In this document: positions 10,442 through 19,987 of the stretch, in pieces
Layout: each line of letters starts with the position of its first letter
Numbering within the stretch: position 1 is the first letter of the stretch
Assembly (NCBI GenBank): GCA_023416695.1
Contig: JAEZGY010000064.1
Location: 1 to 61,307 of the forward strand
Origin: Bacillota bacterium
GTDB lineage: Bacteria > Bacillota > Clostridia > Lachnospirales > Lachnospiraceae
Reading direction: 5' to 3'
DNA length: 61,307 nucleotides
Program-made: the position numbers and the translations under genes
The notes under the pieces: generated by a model
The model's database searches: none
The model's input: the letters and a program-made list of their open reading frames with translations, nothing else
What the model was told of the DNA's origin: nothing

Positions 10442-11116
10442 ATGTCATTGATATATATTGTTGAAGATGATACCAATATAAGAGAAATAGAAAGCTTTGC
10501 CTTAAAAAATAGTGGTTATATCACAGTGGAAATTGAGAAAGGTAAGGAATTATATAAAAAGCTTCAGGAGAGAATTCCTAGTCTTATTGTATTAGATATT
10601 ATGCTTCCAGATGAGGATGGGTTAGAAATTATTAGAAAACTACGCCAAATGCCAGAGACTAAAAGTATTCCAGTTCTTATGGTTACTGCCAAAACAACAG
10701 AACTAGATAAGGTTAAAGGGCTAGACATGGGGGCGGATGATTACTTAACGAAGCCATTTGGTATTATGGAATTTGTCTCTAGAGTTAAGGCTCTTCTAAG
10801 AAGAAGTGAGCAAACAGGCAATGAGGAGAATCTTAGTTTTCAGGAAATATATCTAGATGTTCTTAGACATCAGGTTTATGTAGAGGAAGTAGTATGTGAC
10901 CTAACTTATAAGGAATATAAACTATTAAAGCTATTTATGCAGAATGTAGGAAGAGTTTTAACAAGAGAGATGCTGATGGAGAAGGTCTGGGGTATAGATT
11001 TTGAAGGAGAGTCTAGAACCCTTGATATGCATATTAAGACACTAAGACAGAAACTAAAGGATGCAGGAGGGTATATTCATACCATTCGAAACGTTGGCTA
11101 TGTATTAGAAAAATAA
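10442..11116 (+). CDS. phoP: OmpR-family response regulator of the Pho regulon (PhoP/PhoB-like)
   Basis: Receiver domain (IYIVEDD...LDIMLPDEDG...KPF) plus a winged-helix C-terminus. GGAAGGAG RBS before ATG 10442. Adjacent to pst and phoR. Confidence 0.75.
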   Translation: MSLIYIVEDDTNIREIESFALKNSGYITVEIEKGKELYKKLQERIPSLIVLDIMLPDEDGLEIIRKLRQMPETKSIPVLMVTAKTTELDKVKGLDMGADDYLTKPFGIMEFVSRVKALLRRSEQTGNEENLSFQEIYLDVLRHQVYVEEVVCDLTYKEYKLLKLFMQNVGRVLTREMLMEKVWGIDFEGESRTLDMHIKTLRQKLKDAGGYIHTIRNVGYVLEK

Positions 11117-11134
11117 GAAACACAGGAGGATTGT

Positions 11135-12448
11135 ATGAAAAGAAGAATTAACATACAGCTTCTGATACTGGGAGCAATTGCAATTATCTGTACATTATGT
11201 CTATCTGTGACTGTGTTTTATGATCATTTCAAAACTCAGGTAAAAGAAGATTTAAGAAGTTATGCAGTATTTCTATCATTTATGGATACTGAGCAAATGG
11301 AAAAGTTGGCAGAAAAACAAGGGAATGTGGATAATCTAAGAATTACTGTGATTGAGAGTGATGGAACCGTAAGCTTTGATTCCCAGGTAGATATTAAAAG
11401 ACTAGACAATCATAAGGCTCGTCCTGAATTTGAGGAAGCTTCTAAAAATGGCAGTGGAAGTATTATTCGCAAATCTGATACCTTATCTCAAAGTGTGTTT
11501 TATTATGCTCTTCGTCTTGAAAATGGACAAATACTTCGCGTCTCTAAGGAAACTAGTAGCATATTCAGTGTTTTTTACCATATGATACCTGTGTTACTTT
11601 TAATGGGTGGATTGATTTTTATCTTATGTATGGTAATTGCCCGTTATTTAGCTCGTTCTATTATATCACCAATTAAACATTTGGCCATGAATCTCCAAAA
11701 TCCTAAAAAAGAAATGATCTATAAAGAGTTAGTCCCATTTACAGAGATGATACAAGAACAGCATAGAAATATCTTGAAAAATGCTAAGATGAGGCAGGAA
11801 TTTACAGCAAACGTATCCCATGAATTAAAAACACCACTTACGGCAATTTCGGGATATGCGGAATTGATTGAAAATGGGATGGCCAATGGACAGGATGTAA
11901 AACGCTTTTCTATGGAAATACATCGCAATGCCAATCGACTACTTACAATCATTAATGATACAATACGATTGTCAGAACTAGATGATAACGAATTGTCCGT
12001 GACCACTGAGCCAATTGACTTATATAATCTTGCGCTATCCTGTATCAAGACCTTGGCAATTAACGCTGAGAAAAATCAGGTGACTATAGAAGTAAAAGGA
12101 AGTCATAATATAATAGAAGCGAATAAGCAGATGATGGAAGAGTTGATTTTTAATCTCTGTGACAATGCCATTCGTTACAATAATATCGGTGGAATTGTAA
12201 CAGTAACGGTAGAAGATATAAAGGGGAGAACCTTACTTTCTGTAAAGGATACTGGTATAGGAATACCTAAAAAGCACCAAGAAAGAGTTTTTGAGCGATT
12301 TTATCGAGTAGATAAGAGTAGATCAAAGTCTACTGGAGGTACTGGTTTAGGATTAGCCATTGTAAAGCATATTGTGGCTCAACATAATGCCCAACTTAAT
12401 TTAATCAGTGAAGAAGGAAAAGGAACTGAGATAACCGTTTTGTTTTAA
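11135..12448 (+). CDS. phoR: Sensor histidine kinase PhoR-like (HisKA + HATPase_c)
   Basis: Two TM segments, an H-box (SHELKTPLTAISGYAELI), and N/G boxes (DNAIRYN, DTGIGIP, GGTGLGLAIVK). Confidence 0.8.
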   Translation: MKRRINIQLLILGAIAIICTLCLSVTVFYDHFKTQVKEDLRSYAVFLSFMDTEQMEKLAEKQGNVDNLRITVIESDGTVSFDSQVDIKRLDNHKARPEFEEASKNGSGSIIRKSDTLSQSVFYYALRLENGQILRVSKETSSIFSVFYHMIPVLLLMGGLIFILCMVIARYLARSIISPIKHLAMNLQNPKKEMIYKELVPFTEMIQEQHRNILKNAKMRQEFTANVSHELKTPLTAISGYAELIENGMANGQDVKRFSMEIHRNANRLLTIINDTIRLSELDDNELSVTTEPIDLYNLALSCIKTLAINAEKNQVTIEVKGSHNIIEANKQMMEELIFNLCDNAIRYNNIGGIVTVTVEDIKGRTLLSVKDTGIGIPKKHQERVFERFYRVDKSRSKSTGGTGLGLAIVKHIVAQHNAQLNLISEEGKGTEITVLF

Positions 12449-12493
12449 CAGGGCGGATATCTCATGCAATACCTTGTCACTGCAATTAAATGG

Positions 12494-12522
12494 TAAAATA
12501 TAGTTGAAAAATAAGGCAATAA
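12494..12522 (+). promoter_or_regulatory. SigA-type promoter TTGAAA-17-TATGAT upstream of pyk
   Basis: Read directly. Lies 70 nt upstream of the pyk ATG. Confidence 0.4.
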
Positions 12523-12590
12523 AGTGTATGATAGTTTCGATTTATAAAACATCTAGTGAGATAGGTAGATAAGAGAAAGGCAGGATAATA

Positions 12591-14027
12591 ATGCGCAAAA
12601 CTAAGATAGTATGTACCCTAGGTCCTTCAACAGATAGTGAAGATATGATAAGACGTTTAATGCAGGAGGGAATGGACGTAGCTAGATTCAATTTTTCCCA
12701 TGGTAGCCATGAGGAGCAGGGAAAGAGGCTTGCAATCATCAAAAAGCTTCGTCAAGAGTTAAACCTTCCAGTTGCTACTTTATTAGATACAAAGGGTCCT
12801 GAGATTCGTATTGGTACCTTTAAAAATAGTAGTATTAATCTAGAAAAAGGCCAACGTTTTACGTTGACTAATGAGGACATAGAGGGAAATAAAGATAGAG
12901 TTAGTGTTACATATAAGGATTTGGTAAATGATGTGAAGGTAGGCGATCGTATTCTGATTGACGATGGGCTTATTGCTATGAAAGTAGAAAAACTTACTGC
13001 TACTGATATTGTCTGTAGAGTACTTAACAATGGTAAAATATCCAACCGTAAGGGAATTAATGTTCCTGGTGTGGAAATAAACATGCCATTTATCAGTAAG
13101 AAGGATTATGATGATATATTATTTGGTATTGAACAAGGCTTTGATTTTATTGCTTGTTCCTTTACTCGTTCTGCCAATGATGTGAAAAAGGTTCGGGATA
13201 TTCTTAAGGTAAAAAAATGCTCTACAATTAATATTATCGCAAAAATAGAGAATCAGCAGGGAGTAGAAAATATTGATGAAATTTTAGAAGTAGCAGATGG
13301 TATTATGATCGCTCGTGGCGATATGGGTGTAGAAATACCACTAGAAAATGTTCCTGTTATTCAAAAAATGCTGATTGAGAAGGTATATAGAGCAGGGAAA
13401 CAGGTAATTACTGCAACACAGATGTTAGATTCTATGATGAAAAACCCTAGACCTACTAGAGCGGAGACTACAGATGTTGCCAATGCCATTTATCAAGGAA
13501 CCAGTGCTATTATGTTATCCGGAGAGACAGCTGCGGGTCAGTATCCAATTGAAGCATTACAAACTATGGTTCGTATCGCTATTCGTACAGAGGAAGATAT
13601 TGATTATAAACATGTATTTTACGAAGGACGTGGTATTGATAGAACAGATATCACCAATGCGATATCACATGCAACCTGTACAACAGCATCGGATTTATCT
13701 GCTAAAGCGATCATAACCGTAACAAAATCCGGACAGACTGCTCGAATGGTATCTAGATACCGCCCAGATTGTCAAATTATCGGATGTACCACAGAGAAGC
13801 ATGTATGTAGACAACTTAACATGTCTTGGGGAGTTCGGCCACTCCTTATAAATGAAGAGAGTGATATAGAAAGTCTTTTTGACCATGCACTAAGAGCTAG
13901 CTGGAATGCAGGTTATGTGGATGGAGGAGATGTAGTTGTATTAACTGCAGGTTCTCCGTTGGGACGTTCTGGTACTACAAATTTAATAAAAGCATGTGTA
14001 GCTAGTGGAGATTATAAGGTACAATAG
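12591..14027 (+). CDS. pyk: Pyruvate kinase
   Basis: MRKTKIVCTLGP start, with MVARGDLGVEIP-like and other PK signatures; 478 aa. Confidence 0.9.
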   Translation: MRKTKIVCTLGPSTDSEDMIRRLMQEGMDVARFNFSHGSHEEQGKRLAIIKKLRQELNLPVATLLDTKGPEIRIGTFKNSSINLEKGQRFTLTNEDIEGNKDRVSVTYKDLVNDVKVGDRILIDDGLIAMKVEKLTATDIVCRVLNNGKISNRKGINVPGVEINMPFISKKDYDDILFGIEQGFDFIACSFTRSANDVKKVRDILKVKKCSTINIIAKIENQQGVENIDEILEVADGIMIARGDMGVEIPLENVPVIQKMLIEKVYRAGKQVITATQMLDSMMKNPRPTRAETTDVANAIYQGTSAIMLSGETAAGQYPIEALQTMVRIAIRTEEDIDYKHVFYEGRGIDRTDITNAISHATCTTASDLSAKAIITVTKSGQTARMVSRYRPDCQIIGCTTEKHVCRQLNMSWGVRPLLINEESDIESLFDHALRASWNAGYVDGGDVVVLTAGSPLGRSGTTNLIKACVASGDYKVQ

Positions 14028-14029
14028 GT

Positions 14030-14196
14030 TAGGGAGGCAGCTCTAGTAAATTCCATGGAAGGCAAGCTCTCGCATGATTAATCACGTAGTGATACGTAAG
14101 ACCTGATGGCGAGGGATGTTCGATTGGTTTTATAATTACAGTGGGTAGTGTATTGAATTAGAACCTTAAGTAGGACACGCTCCGCTATAAGATAAA
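14030..14196 (+). ncRNA. Candidate structured non-coding segment downstream of pyk, ending in the terminator at 14197-14241 (possible sRNA or long 3' UTR)
   Basis: Internal palindromes: TGATTAATCA, CTCTCGC/GCGAGGG and ACGTA/TACGT. No ORF. The next gene's promoter (TTGTTA-15-TAAAAT) begins only after the terminator. Confidence 0.2.
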
Positions 14197-14241
14197 AAGA
14201 CAAAAAGATCGACAAAGGGATGTCGTCTTTTTGTCTTTTAT
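14197..14241 (+). terminator. Long imperfect hairpin terminator AAGACAAAAAGA-tCGACA-aaggga-TGTCG-TCTTTTTGTCTT plus T-tract
   Basis: Read directly. Confidence 0.6.
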
Positions 14242-14330
14242 TATCTTATCCGCAATGTAAGACTCTTTACGGGTTTCTTGTTACATGATATGATAATGTA
14301 AAATATTGATAAGATTGGAGAGTAACCAGA

Positions 14331-14930
14331 ATGCCAAGTAAATATTATGTAGTAAGAAAAGGAAGACAGACTGGTATTTTTTATTCTTGGCCGGAGTGTC
14401 AGAATCAGATAAACGGTTATAGTGGGGCAGAGTACAAAAGTTTTAAGACTGAGACTGAGGCAAAGGATTACCTGGCAGGAGGGGTTAAGAAAGATAATGC
14501 AGAGTGTGCGCTTAAGGATATGGCTGTGGCTTATGTAGATGGTAGCTATCATGTAGGGACTGGGGAGTATAGCTATGGAGCAGTCCTTATGTATAGAGGC
14601 AAGGAATACGAATATAGTGAAAAGGGACAAGATATGTCTGTGTCGGATATGCGTAATGTGGCTGGAGAAATCCTGGGAGCCAGAAAGATGATGGAATTTT
14701 GTGTGGAGCATGGCATTGCTAGGTTGGCTTTACATTACGACTATGAGGGCATAGAAAAATGGTGTACAGGTGCATGGCAAGCAAAAAAGCCTGGGACGAT
14801 TGCGTATAAACAGGCATATGACGGGATGAAAGATAAACTTTATGTTGAGTTTCATAAAGTTGTTGCTCACTCTGGGGTGGAACTTAATGAGAGAGTAGAT
14901 GTATTAGCGAAAAAGGCACTAGGTTTATAA
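14331..14930 (+). CDS. rnhA: Ribonuclease H1 with N-terminal hybrid-binding (caulimovirus-VI-like) domain
   Basis: N-terminal YYVVRKGRQTGIFYSWPECQNQINGYSGAEYKSF...EA is the RNase H1 hybrid-binding domain signature. This is followed by an RNase H fold (VDGSY...HSG...ERVDVLAK). Confidence 0.75.
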   Translation: MPSKYYVVRKGRQTGIFYSWPECQNQINGYSGAEYKSFKTETEAKDYLAGGVKKDNAECALKDMAVAYVDGSYHVGTGEYSYGAVLMYRGKEYEYSEKGQDMSVSDMRNVAGEILGARKMMEFCVEHGIARLALHYDYEGIEKWCTGAWQAKKPGTIAYKQAYDGMKDKLYVEFHKVVAHSGVELNERVDVLAKKALGL

Positions 14931-15006
14931 AGTTGAATAGAAAATATGGATATTTCTAATACTATTATTGTAGGTGTATACAAAAATAGTATAAGGAGTG
15001 GAGTAA

Positions 15007-15627
15007 ATGCCAGTGGATTTTCAAAATAGTGAGACCAAAGTAAACCTAATGAGAGCTTTTGCAGGTGAAAGTCAAGCAAGAATGCGATATATTTTAGCAG
15101 CAGAAGAGGCAAAAAAACAGAATCATCAAGTCGTAGAAAAGGTGTTCAAATTCACAGCTGCTCAAGAGGCAGAGCATGCTGAGGCTTTTTATAAGTTTTT
15201 AGAGCCAGCGGCCAAGTCTACGATTCATATAGATGGGGGCTATCCAGTAGACATTAGCAAGAGTATAGTAGAGTTACTTCGTATGGCCAATCATAATGAA
15301 ATGGAAGAGTATAATGATGTATATAAAACCTTTTCAGAGAAGGCAAAGGAAGAAGGTTTTACAAAGATTGCTGCCACTTTTAAGATGATTGCAGAGGTTG
15401 AAAGGATTCATGGAGAGAGATTTGGAAAATTGGCAGATTTAATGGAAAAGAACCAACTTTATGTTTCAGAGGTGCAGACTACCTGGGTTTGCTTAAATTG
15501 TGGCTATATTCATGAAGGAACCTCAGCCCCTGCCAGATGCCCAGTATGTGATGTGGATCAAGGTTATTTTATTCGATTTGAATTGTCCCCATATGAACCT
15601 ATTGGTAAAGTGGGAATTTCAGAATAA
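15007..15627 (+). CDS. rbr: Rubrerythrin (diiron ferritin-like domain + C-terminal rubredoxin-like CxxC...CxxC)
   Basis: Two E..EA/E..EH helices and a C-terminal CLNCG...CPVC. Confidence 0.9.
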   Translation: MPVDFQNSETKVNLMRAFAGESQARMRYILAAEEAKKQNHQVVEKVFKFTAAQEAEHAEAFYKFLEPAAKSTIHIDGGYPVDISKSIVELLRMANHNEMEEYNDVYKTFSEKAKEEGFTKIAATFKMIAEVERIHGERFGKLADLMEKNQLYVSEVQTTWVCLNCGYIHEGTSAPARCPVCDVDQGYFIRFELSPYEPIGKVGISE

Positions 15628-15715
15628 GAACAAATAGATAGGTAGTAAAGAGGCACATATGATATAGTAGAACTATATGGTATGTGCTTTATTAAAGAGG
15701 GAAAGGTGGAAGTTT

Positions 15716-16231
15716 ATGATACAGATTTATTATGGAGATGGGAAAGGAAAGACGACAGCAGCAATTGGACAGGCGATTCGAGCAGCAGGTGCTGGAATGC
15801 TTGTTACCATGGTGCAATTTTTGAAGGGAAGCCCAACTGCAGAGCTTGAGGTATTAAGTAGAATTCCTGAGATTACAGTATTACGTAACGAATTGGACCT
15901 TGGGTTTACGAATCAAATGAGTGAAAAGGAAAAAGAACAAGCGCTGATGATGCATAATGTGAATCTACTTACAGCCATTGATATGATCAATCAAAAGAAA
16001 TGTGATGTACTTATTTTGGATGAGTTACTTACCACCTATGACCTTGGCTTGGTTGACAGGAATATGGTGCATACCCTATTAGAGATGCGACCAAAGGATT
16101 TAGAGATCATTTTAACTGGGCATAAAGAAGTTTCTTACTTTACGGAGCAGGCAGATTATATCACCAATATGAAAAAAGAAAAACATCCATTTGATAAGGG
16201 CATTTCTGCAAGACGTGGAATTGAATATTAA
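15716..16231 (+). CDS. Cob(I)yrinic acid a,c-diamide adenosyltransferase (CobA/CobO/BtuR family)
   Basis: IQIYYGDGKGKTTAAIGQAIRAAGAGM P-loop is typical of the family. AAGAGGGAAAGGTGGA RBS before ATG 15716. The ORF-track start at 15677 lacks an RBS. Confidence 0.7.
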   Translation: MIQIYYGDGKGKTTAAIGQAIRAAGAGMLVTMVQFLKGSPTAELEVLSRIPEITVLRNELDLGFTNQMSEKEKEQALMMHNVNLLTAIDMINQKKCDVLILDELLTTYDLGLVDRNMVHTLLEMRPKDLEIILTGHKEVSYFTEQADYITNMKKEKHPFDKGISARRGIEY

Positions 16232-16336
16232 TTAAAATATCGTAGGTTTTTGTGGGTAAATTCAGTTGTTTATGATATAATAGAAAGAGAATATCTTAGC
16301 CTTTTGTACATTATACATAAATAGGGAGGCCAATGC

Positions 16337-16990
16337 ATGAAGAATAAATGTTATGATTTTAGACCGGATGTTTTAAGTATGATATTTACTGCTATTTTTG
16401 CGAGTATTACTGGTGCGTTAATGTTTCTTTCTATGGATTTTCAAGGAGGCCTAACTTTTGTATCCTTAACCCAAAGAAAGGGTTTTTTATTTACCCCAGC
16501 AGGTTTTCTAATTGTAATAGCCTGTATTGCGATTGTTGTACTAGCTCTTTGTTCTATAAGACACCAAGAGTGTACAGCGTATATGATGCTTCCTATTGGT
16601 GTGGCGGGAATTCTATTTGCATTACGCTTTGTATTAGTTCAAGGAGATATATTTTTATTTTTGGAGCTACCAGTTTCAGAGTTATGCATTGCTTTAGTAC
16701 GGGCGCTTTTGGGAGTTTTATCCATTGTATTATTATTTCTATTAGTTAGTAATGTAGTACCAAATAAACGATATTTGATGACTGTACTGGTAGTATGCAT
16801 AGCTTGGGATTTTGCAACGGAAGGTTATTTAAGTTCTCAGTTAGGAACTGGGCTACAAAACCTAGAGGACAGTAGTCATGTTAACATAATGTTAAGTCAG
16901 ATTGCCTATTATTTTTCAGCAATATTTTTTACTTTTAACATTAAGCCAGTGTATGAAGAGAATGGTCTTATTGTAAAAAAAATAAACTAA
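16337..16990 (+). CDS. Polytopic membrane protein, function unknown
   Basis: 217 aa, about 6 hydrophobic helices, GGGAGG RBS. Confidence 0.45.
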   Translation: MKNKCYDFRPDVLSMIFTAIFASITGALMFLSMDFQGGLTFVSLTQRKGFLFTPAGFLIVIACIAIVVLALCSIRHQECTAYMMLPIGVAGILFALRFVLVQGDIFLFLELPVSELCIALVRALLGVLSIVLLFLLVSNVVPNKRYLMTVLVVCIAWDFATEGYLSSQLGTGLQNLEDSSHVNIMLSQIAYYFSAIFFTFNIKPVYEENGLIVKKIN

Positions 16991-17031
16991 ATATGAATTT
17001 ATATTCATGATGGTGAATAAAAATAAATCAT

Positions 17032-17076
17032 AAACTGTAGAAAGTAGTGTATATTTTACTACAGTTTATTTTTTTA
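17032..17076 (+). terminator. Rho-independent terminator (AAACTGTAG ... CTACAGTTT + T9)
   Basis: 9-bp perfect stem, 18-nt loop and T-run, read directly. Confidence 0.65.
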
Positions 17077-17401
17077 CATAGGGATTAGTACCGTGATGGT
17101 AGGTAGTAAGGTCTCTTGTGACCTACCACAGAAGAAGAGTATCACAAGGAGTATTCTTTGCTGTCATAAAATATTGTTTTAATGTATTTGGTAAAAACAG
17201 TTTATTTCAGGGTATATATTGATACTAAAGTTATATTAAAACCCTTAAGTGAATAATTAGTAAAGTTGTTTAGTTATAAGTAAGACTCATTTGAGATTGG
17301 TTATTTATTAGTAAAAAAACTTAATGAGTAGCAAAAAAAGATACTTCTAATGGGGATAAAATAAAAATTAATAAATTTACTAAAAAATGAATAATTATAC
17401 T

Positions 17402-17430
17402 TGATTATTTTCCGAATTGCGTTATAATCT
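17402..17430 (+). promoter_or_regulatory. Consensus-like SigA promoter TTGATT-16/17-TATAAT, about 90 nt upstream of the amino-acid ABC operon
   Basis: Read directly. Confidence 0.45.
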
Positions 17431-17523
17431 AATTGTTCGGTACGACAAACTGAAATTGTAGTACTACATAGAAAGAAATCAGTATACATAATAGTAGTAA
17501 TGATATAGAAAGGGAGAGATAAT

Positions 17524-18246
17524 ATGAAAAAGAAATTAGTTAGTGTATTAATGATTGTAACAATGATAGCAGCTCTTGCTGGTTGTGGTGACAAATCAAA
17601 GCTTATTATGGCAACCAATGCAGAATTTCCACCTTATGAATATAAGGAAGGGGATAAAATTGTAGGTATCGACGCTGAGATCGCTGAGGCAATTGCAGAA
17701 GAATTGGGTATGGAATTAGAGATTGAGGATATTGCGTTTGATTCCATCATTCCAGAAGTAGTATCCGGAAAAGCAGATATGGGTGTTGCTGGTATGACAG
17801 TGACTGAGGATAGAAAAGAGAGCGTTAACTTTAGTGATCCTTATACAACAAGTACACAAGTAATTATTGTAAAGGAAGATAGTGATATTGCAACGGTAGA
17901 TGCTTTAACAGGAAAGACCATTGGTGTTCAACTAGGTACTACTGGTGATATCTATGCAACAGCTATGAAAACTGCAACTATTGAACGTTACAATAAGGGA
18001 GCGGATGCAGTTCTTGCTTTAACTCAGGGTAAGGTGGATGCGGTTATTATTGACCATGAACCTGCGAAGGTATTTGTTGAGAAGAATGAAGGAATTAAAA
18101 TTCTGGATGAAAAATTTGCTGTAGAGGATTATGCCATTGCTATTGCTAAGGATAATACAGAATTGTTAACTAAAGTAAATAAGGCATTAGCTACCTTAAA
18201 GGAATCTGGAAAGCTTCAAGAAATCATTGATAAGTACATTAAGTAA
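17524..18246 (+). CDS. Polar amino-acid ABC transporter substrate-binding lipoprotein (family 3 SBP)
   Basis: Lipobox LAGC. Family-3 SBP motifs GIDAEIAEAIAEELG and GVAGMTVTEDR. Confidence 0.8.
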   Translation: MKKKLVSVLMIVTMIAALAGCGDKSKLIMATNAEFPPYEYKEGDKIVGIDAEIAEAIAEELGMELEIEDIAFDSIIPEVVSGKADMGVAGMTVTEDRKESVNFSDPYTTSTQVIIVKEDSDIATVDALTGKTIGVQLGTTGDIYATAMKTATIERYNKGADAVLALTQGKVDAVIIDHEPAKVFVEKNEGIKILDEKFAVEDYAIAIAKDNTELLTKVNKALATLKESGKLQEIIDKYIK

Positions 18247-18275
18247 CATAAAAAAACACATAGTAGGTAAATCAT

Positions 18276-19010
18276 ATGTATTTGAATATTATAGACTCAT
18301 TTAATAAGATGTTAGATAACCTAGGGGATCAATTTTACCTAAATTTTATTAAGGATGATAAGTGGAAGTATCTTGTAGATGGCTTAAAGATTACTCTTTT
18401 AGTTACCTTCTTCGCAGTACTCCTTGGTATTGTTATAGGTTTTCTTGTGGCTAGTGTTCGTGCAACCTACGATAAGACAAAGCCAGGATTTCTCTTAAAG
18501 CTTCTCAATGGCATTTGTAAGGTGTACCTTACAGTAATTCGAGGAACCCCAGTAGTAGTTCAGCTGCTGATTATCTATTTTGTAATCTTTGGTTCTGTGA
18601 GAATTAGCAAGGTATTAGTTGCGGTTATTGCATTTGGTATCAACTCTGGTGCCTATGTGGCTGAGATTGTAAGAGGTGGCATTATGTCCATCGATGCAGG
18701 CCAATTTGAAGCCGGAAGAAGTATTGGCTTTACATATGCTCAAACCATGCGTTATATCATCATTCCACAGGCCATCCGTAATATTTTACCTTCCCTAGGG
18801 AATGAATTTATAGTACTCCTTAAGGAGACCTCTGTTGCTGGTTTCATTGCCTTAACGGATTTAACTAAGGGTGGAGATATTATTAGGAGTATCACATATT
18901 CTCCGTTTATGCCTCTTATTGCAGTAGCATTAATCTATTTAGTTTTTGTAATGTTATTTTCCTATTTGGTAGGAAGGCTTGAAAGGAGGTTAAACAATGG
19001 AAGACGTTAA
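18276..19010 (+). CDS. Amino-acid ABC transporter permease (His/Gln/Glu type)
   Basis: EAA loop ([26 protein letters not shown]). Five TM segments. Confidence 0.85.
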   Translation: MYLNIIDSFNKMLDNLGDQFYLNFIKDDKWKYLVDGLKITLLVTFFAVLLGIVIGFLVASVRATYDKTKPGFLLKLLNGICKVYLTVIRGTPVVVQLLIIYFVIFGSVRISKVLVAVIAFGINSGAYVAEIVRGGIMSIDAGQFEAGRSIGFTYAQTMRYIIIPQAIRNILPSLGNEFIVLLKETSVAGFIALTDLTKGGDIIRSITYSPFMPLIAVALIYLVFVMLFSYLVGRLERRLNNGRR

Positions 19011-19767
19011 TATATCTTTTGACTCCTATATCAATGAGGAAGCTTTAATTGAGGTAAAAGAGTTAAGTAAGAAGTTTACCTCTACGGTAGCCTTGGATGA
19101 GGTTAATCTAACCATAAAAAAAGGTGAAGTAGTATGTATCATTGGACCTTCTGGCTCTGGTAAGAGTACCTTACTAAGATGCCTAAATCGTTTGGAGGAA
19201 GCGACCTCTGGTTCTGTTTGGTTTGAAGGTAAGAATCTACTTGATAAAAAAGTGAATATTAATACTCATCGTCAGAAGATGGGAATGGTATTCCAACATT
19301 TTAATTTATTTCCGAACATGACGATTCTTAAGAATTTGACCATTGGGCCAAAGAAGCTTCTTCACCTTACAGATGAGGAAGCCAATAAACGAGCTATGGA
19401 AATGTTAAAGCGGGTAGGTCTAGAAGACCGAGCAGATACGTATCCTGAATTACTTTCAGGTGGCCAGAAACAGAGAATTGCTATTGTGCGTGCCCTTTGC
19501 ATGAACCCTGATGTAATGTTATTTGACGAGCCAACTTCCGCCCTTGATCCGGAGATGGTAGGGGAAGTTCTTGAGGTAATGAGAGAGCTTGCAAAGGAAG
19601 ACATGACCATGGTAGTAGTTACTCATGAAATGGGCTTTGCCAAAGAGGTAGCCACTCGTGTGATCTTTATGGATCAGGGACAAATTATCGAAGAAAACAC
19701 ACCAAAGGAATTATTTGAACGTCCACAAAGTGAAAGACTACAAAGCTTTTTAGCAAAGGTATTATAA
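18997..19767 (+). CDS. Amino-acid ABC transporter ATP-binding protein (GlnQ-like)
   Basis: [29 protein letters not shown]; AAAGGAGG RBS. Confidence 0.9.
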   Translation: MEDVNISFDSYINEEALIEVKELSKKFTSTVALDEVNLTIKKGEVVCIIGPSGSGKSTLLRCLNRLEEATSGSVWFEGKNLLDKKVNINTHRQKMGMVFQHFNLFPNMTILKNLTIGPKKLLHLTDEEANKRAMEMLKRVGLEDRADTYPELLSGGQKQRIAIVRALCMNPDVMLFDEPTSALDPEMVGEVLEVMRELAKEDMTMVVVTHEMGFAKEVATRVIFMDQGQIIEENTPKELFERPQSERLQSFLAKVL

Positions 19768-19772
19768 AAGTA

Positions 19773-19808
19773 AAGAATCGCACCAAAGTGGTGCGATTCT
19801 TTTTTATT
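19773..19808 (+). terminator. Rho-independent terminator (AAGAATCGCACC ... GGTGCGATTCTT + T6)
   Basis: 12-bp stem, read directly. Confidence 0.7.
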
Positions 19809-19987
19809 ACATAGGAAATTGCTTCGCAATATCCTATGTAATAAAAAAGCTTTCTAAAAGACAGAAAGCTGGTAATCGCACTGCGGCGGTATGGATAATG
19901 TCGTTTACGCGACCTGCCGCAGGCGGAGAGTTTCGCAAGCGAAACTCTTTTTTTACGGTATAGGAGCTTTGCAAGCAAAACTCTTAT

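Noticed and set aside
14030-14245. 6S RNA call for the pyk-downstream segment
   Set aside because: I could not identify the long closing stem between the 5' and 3' ends, or the central bubble that defines 6S. It is kept only as an unassigned candidate sRNA.
14241-14711. 156-aa minus-strand ORF
   Set aside because: Fully antisense to the well-supported RNase H1 gene and its promoter. No RBS and a low-complexity translation. Spurious.
14931-15006. PerR box upstream of rubrerythrin (TCTAATACTATTATTG)
   Set aside because: Only a weak, shifted resemblance to TTATAATnATTATAA; not supportable without a position weight matrix.
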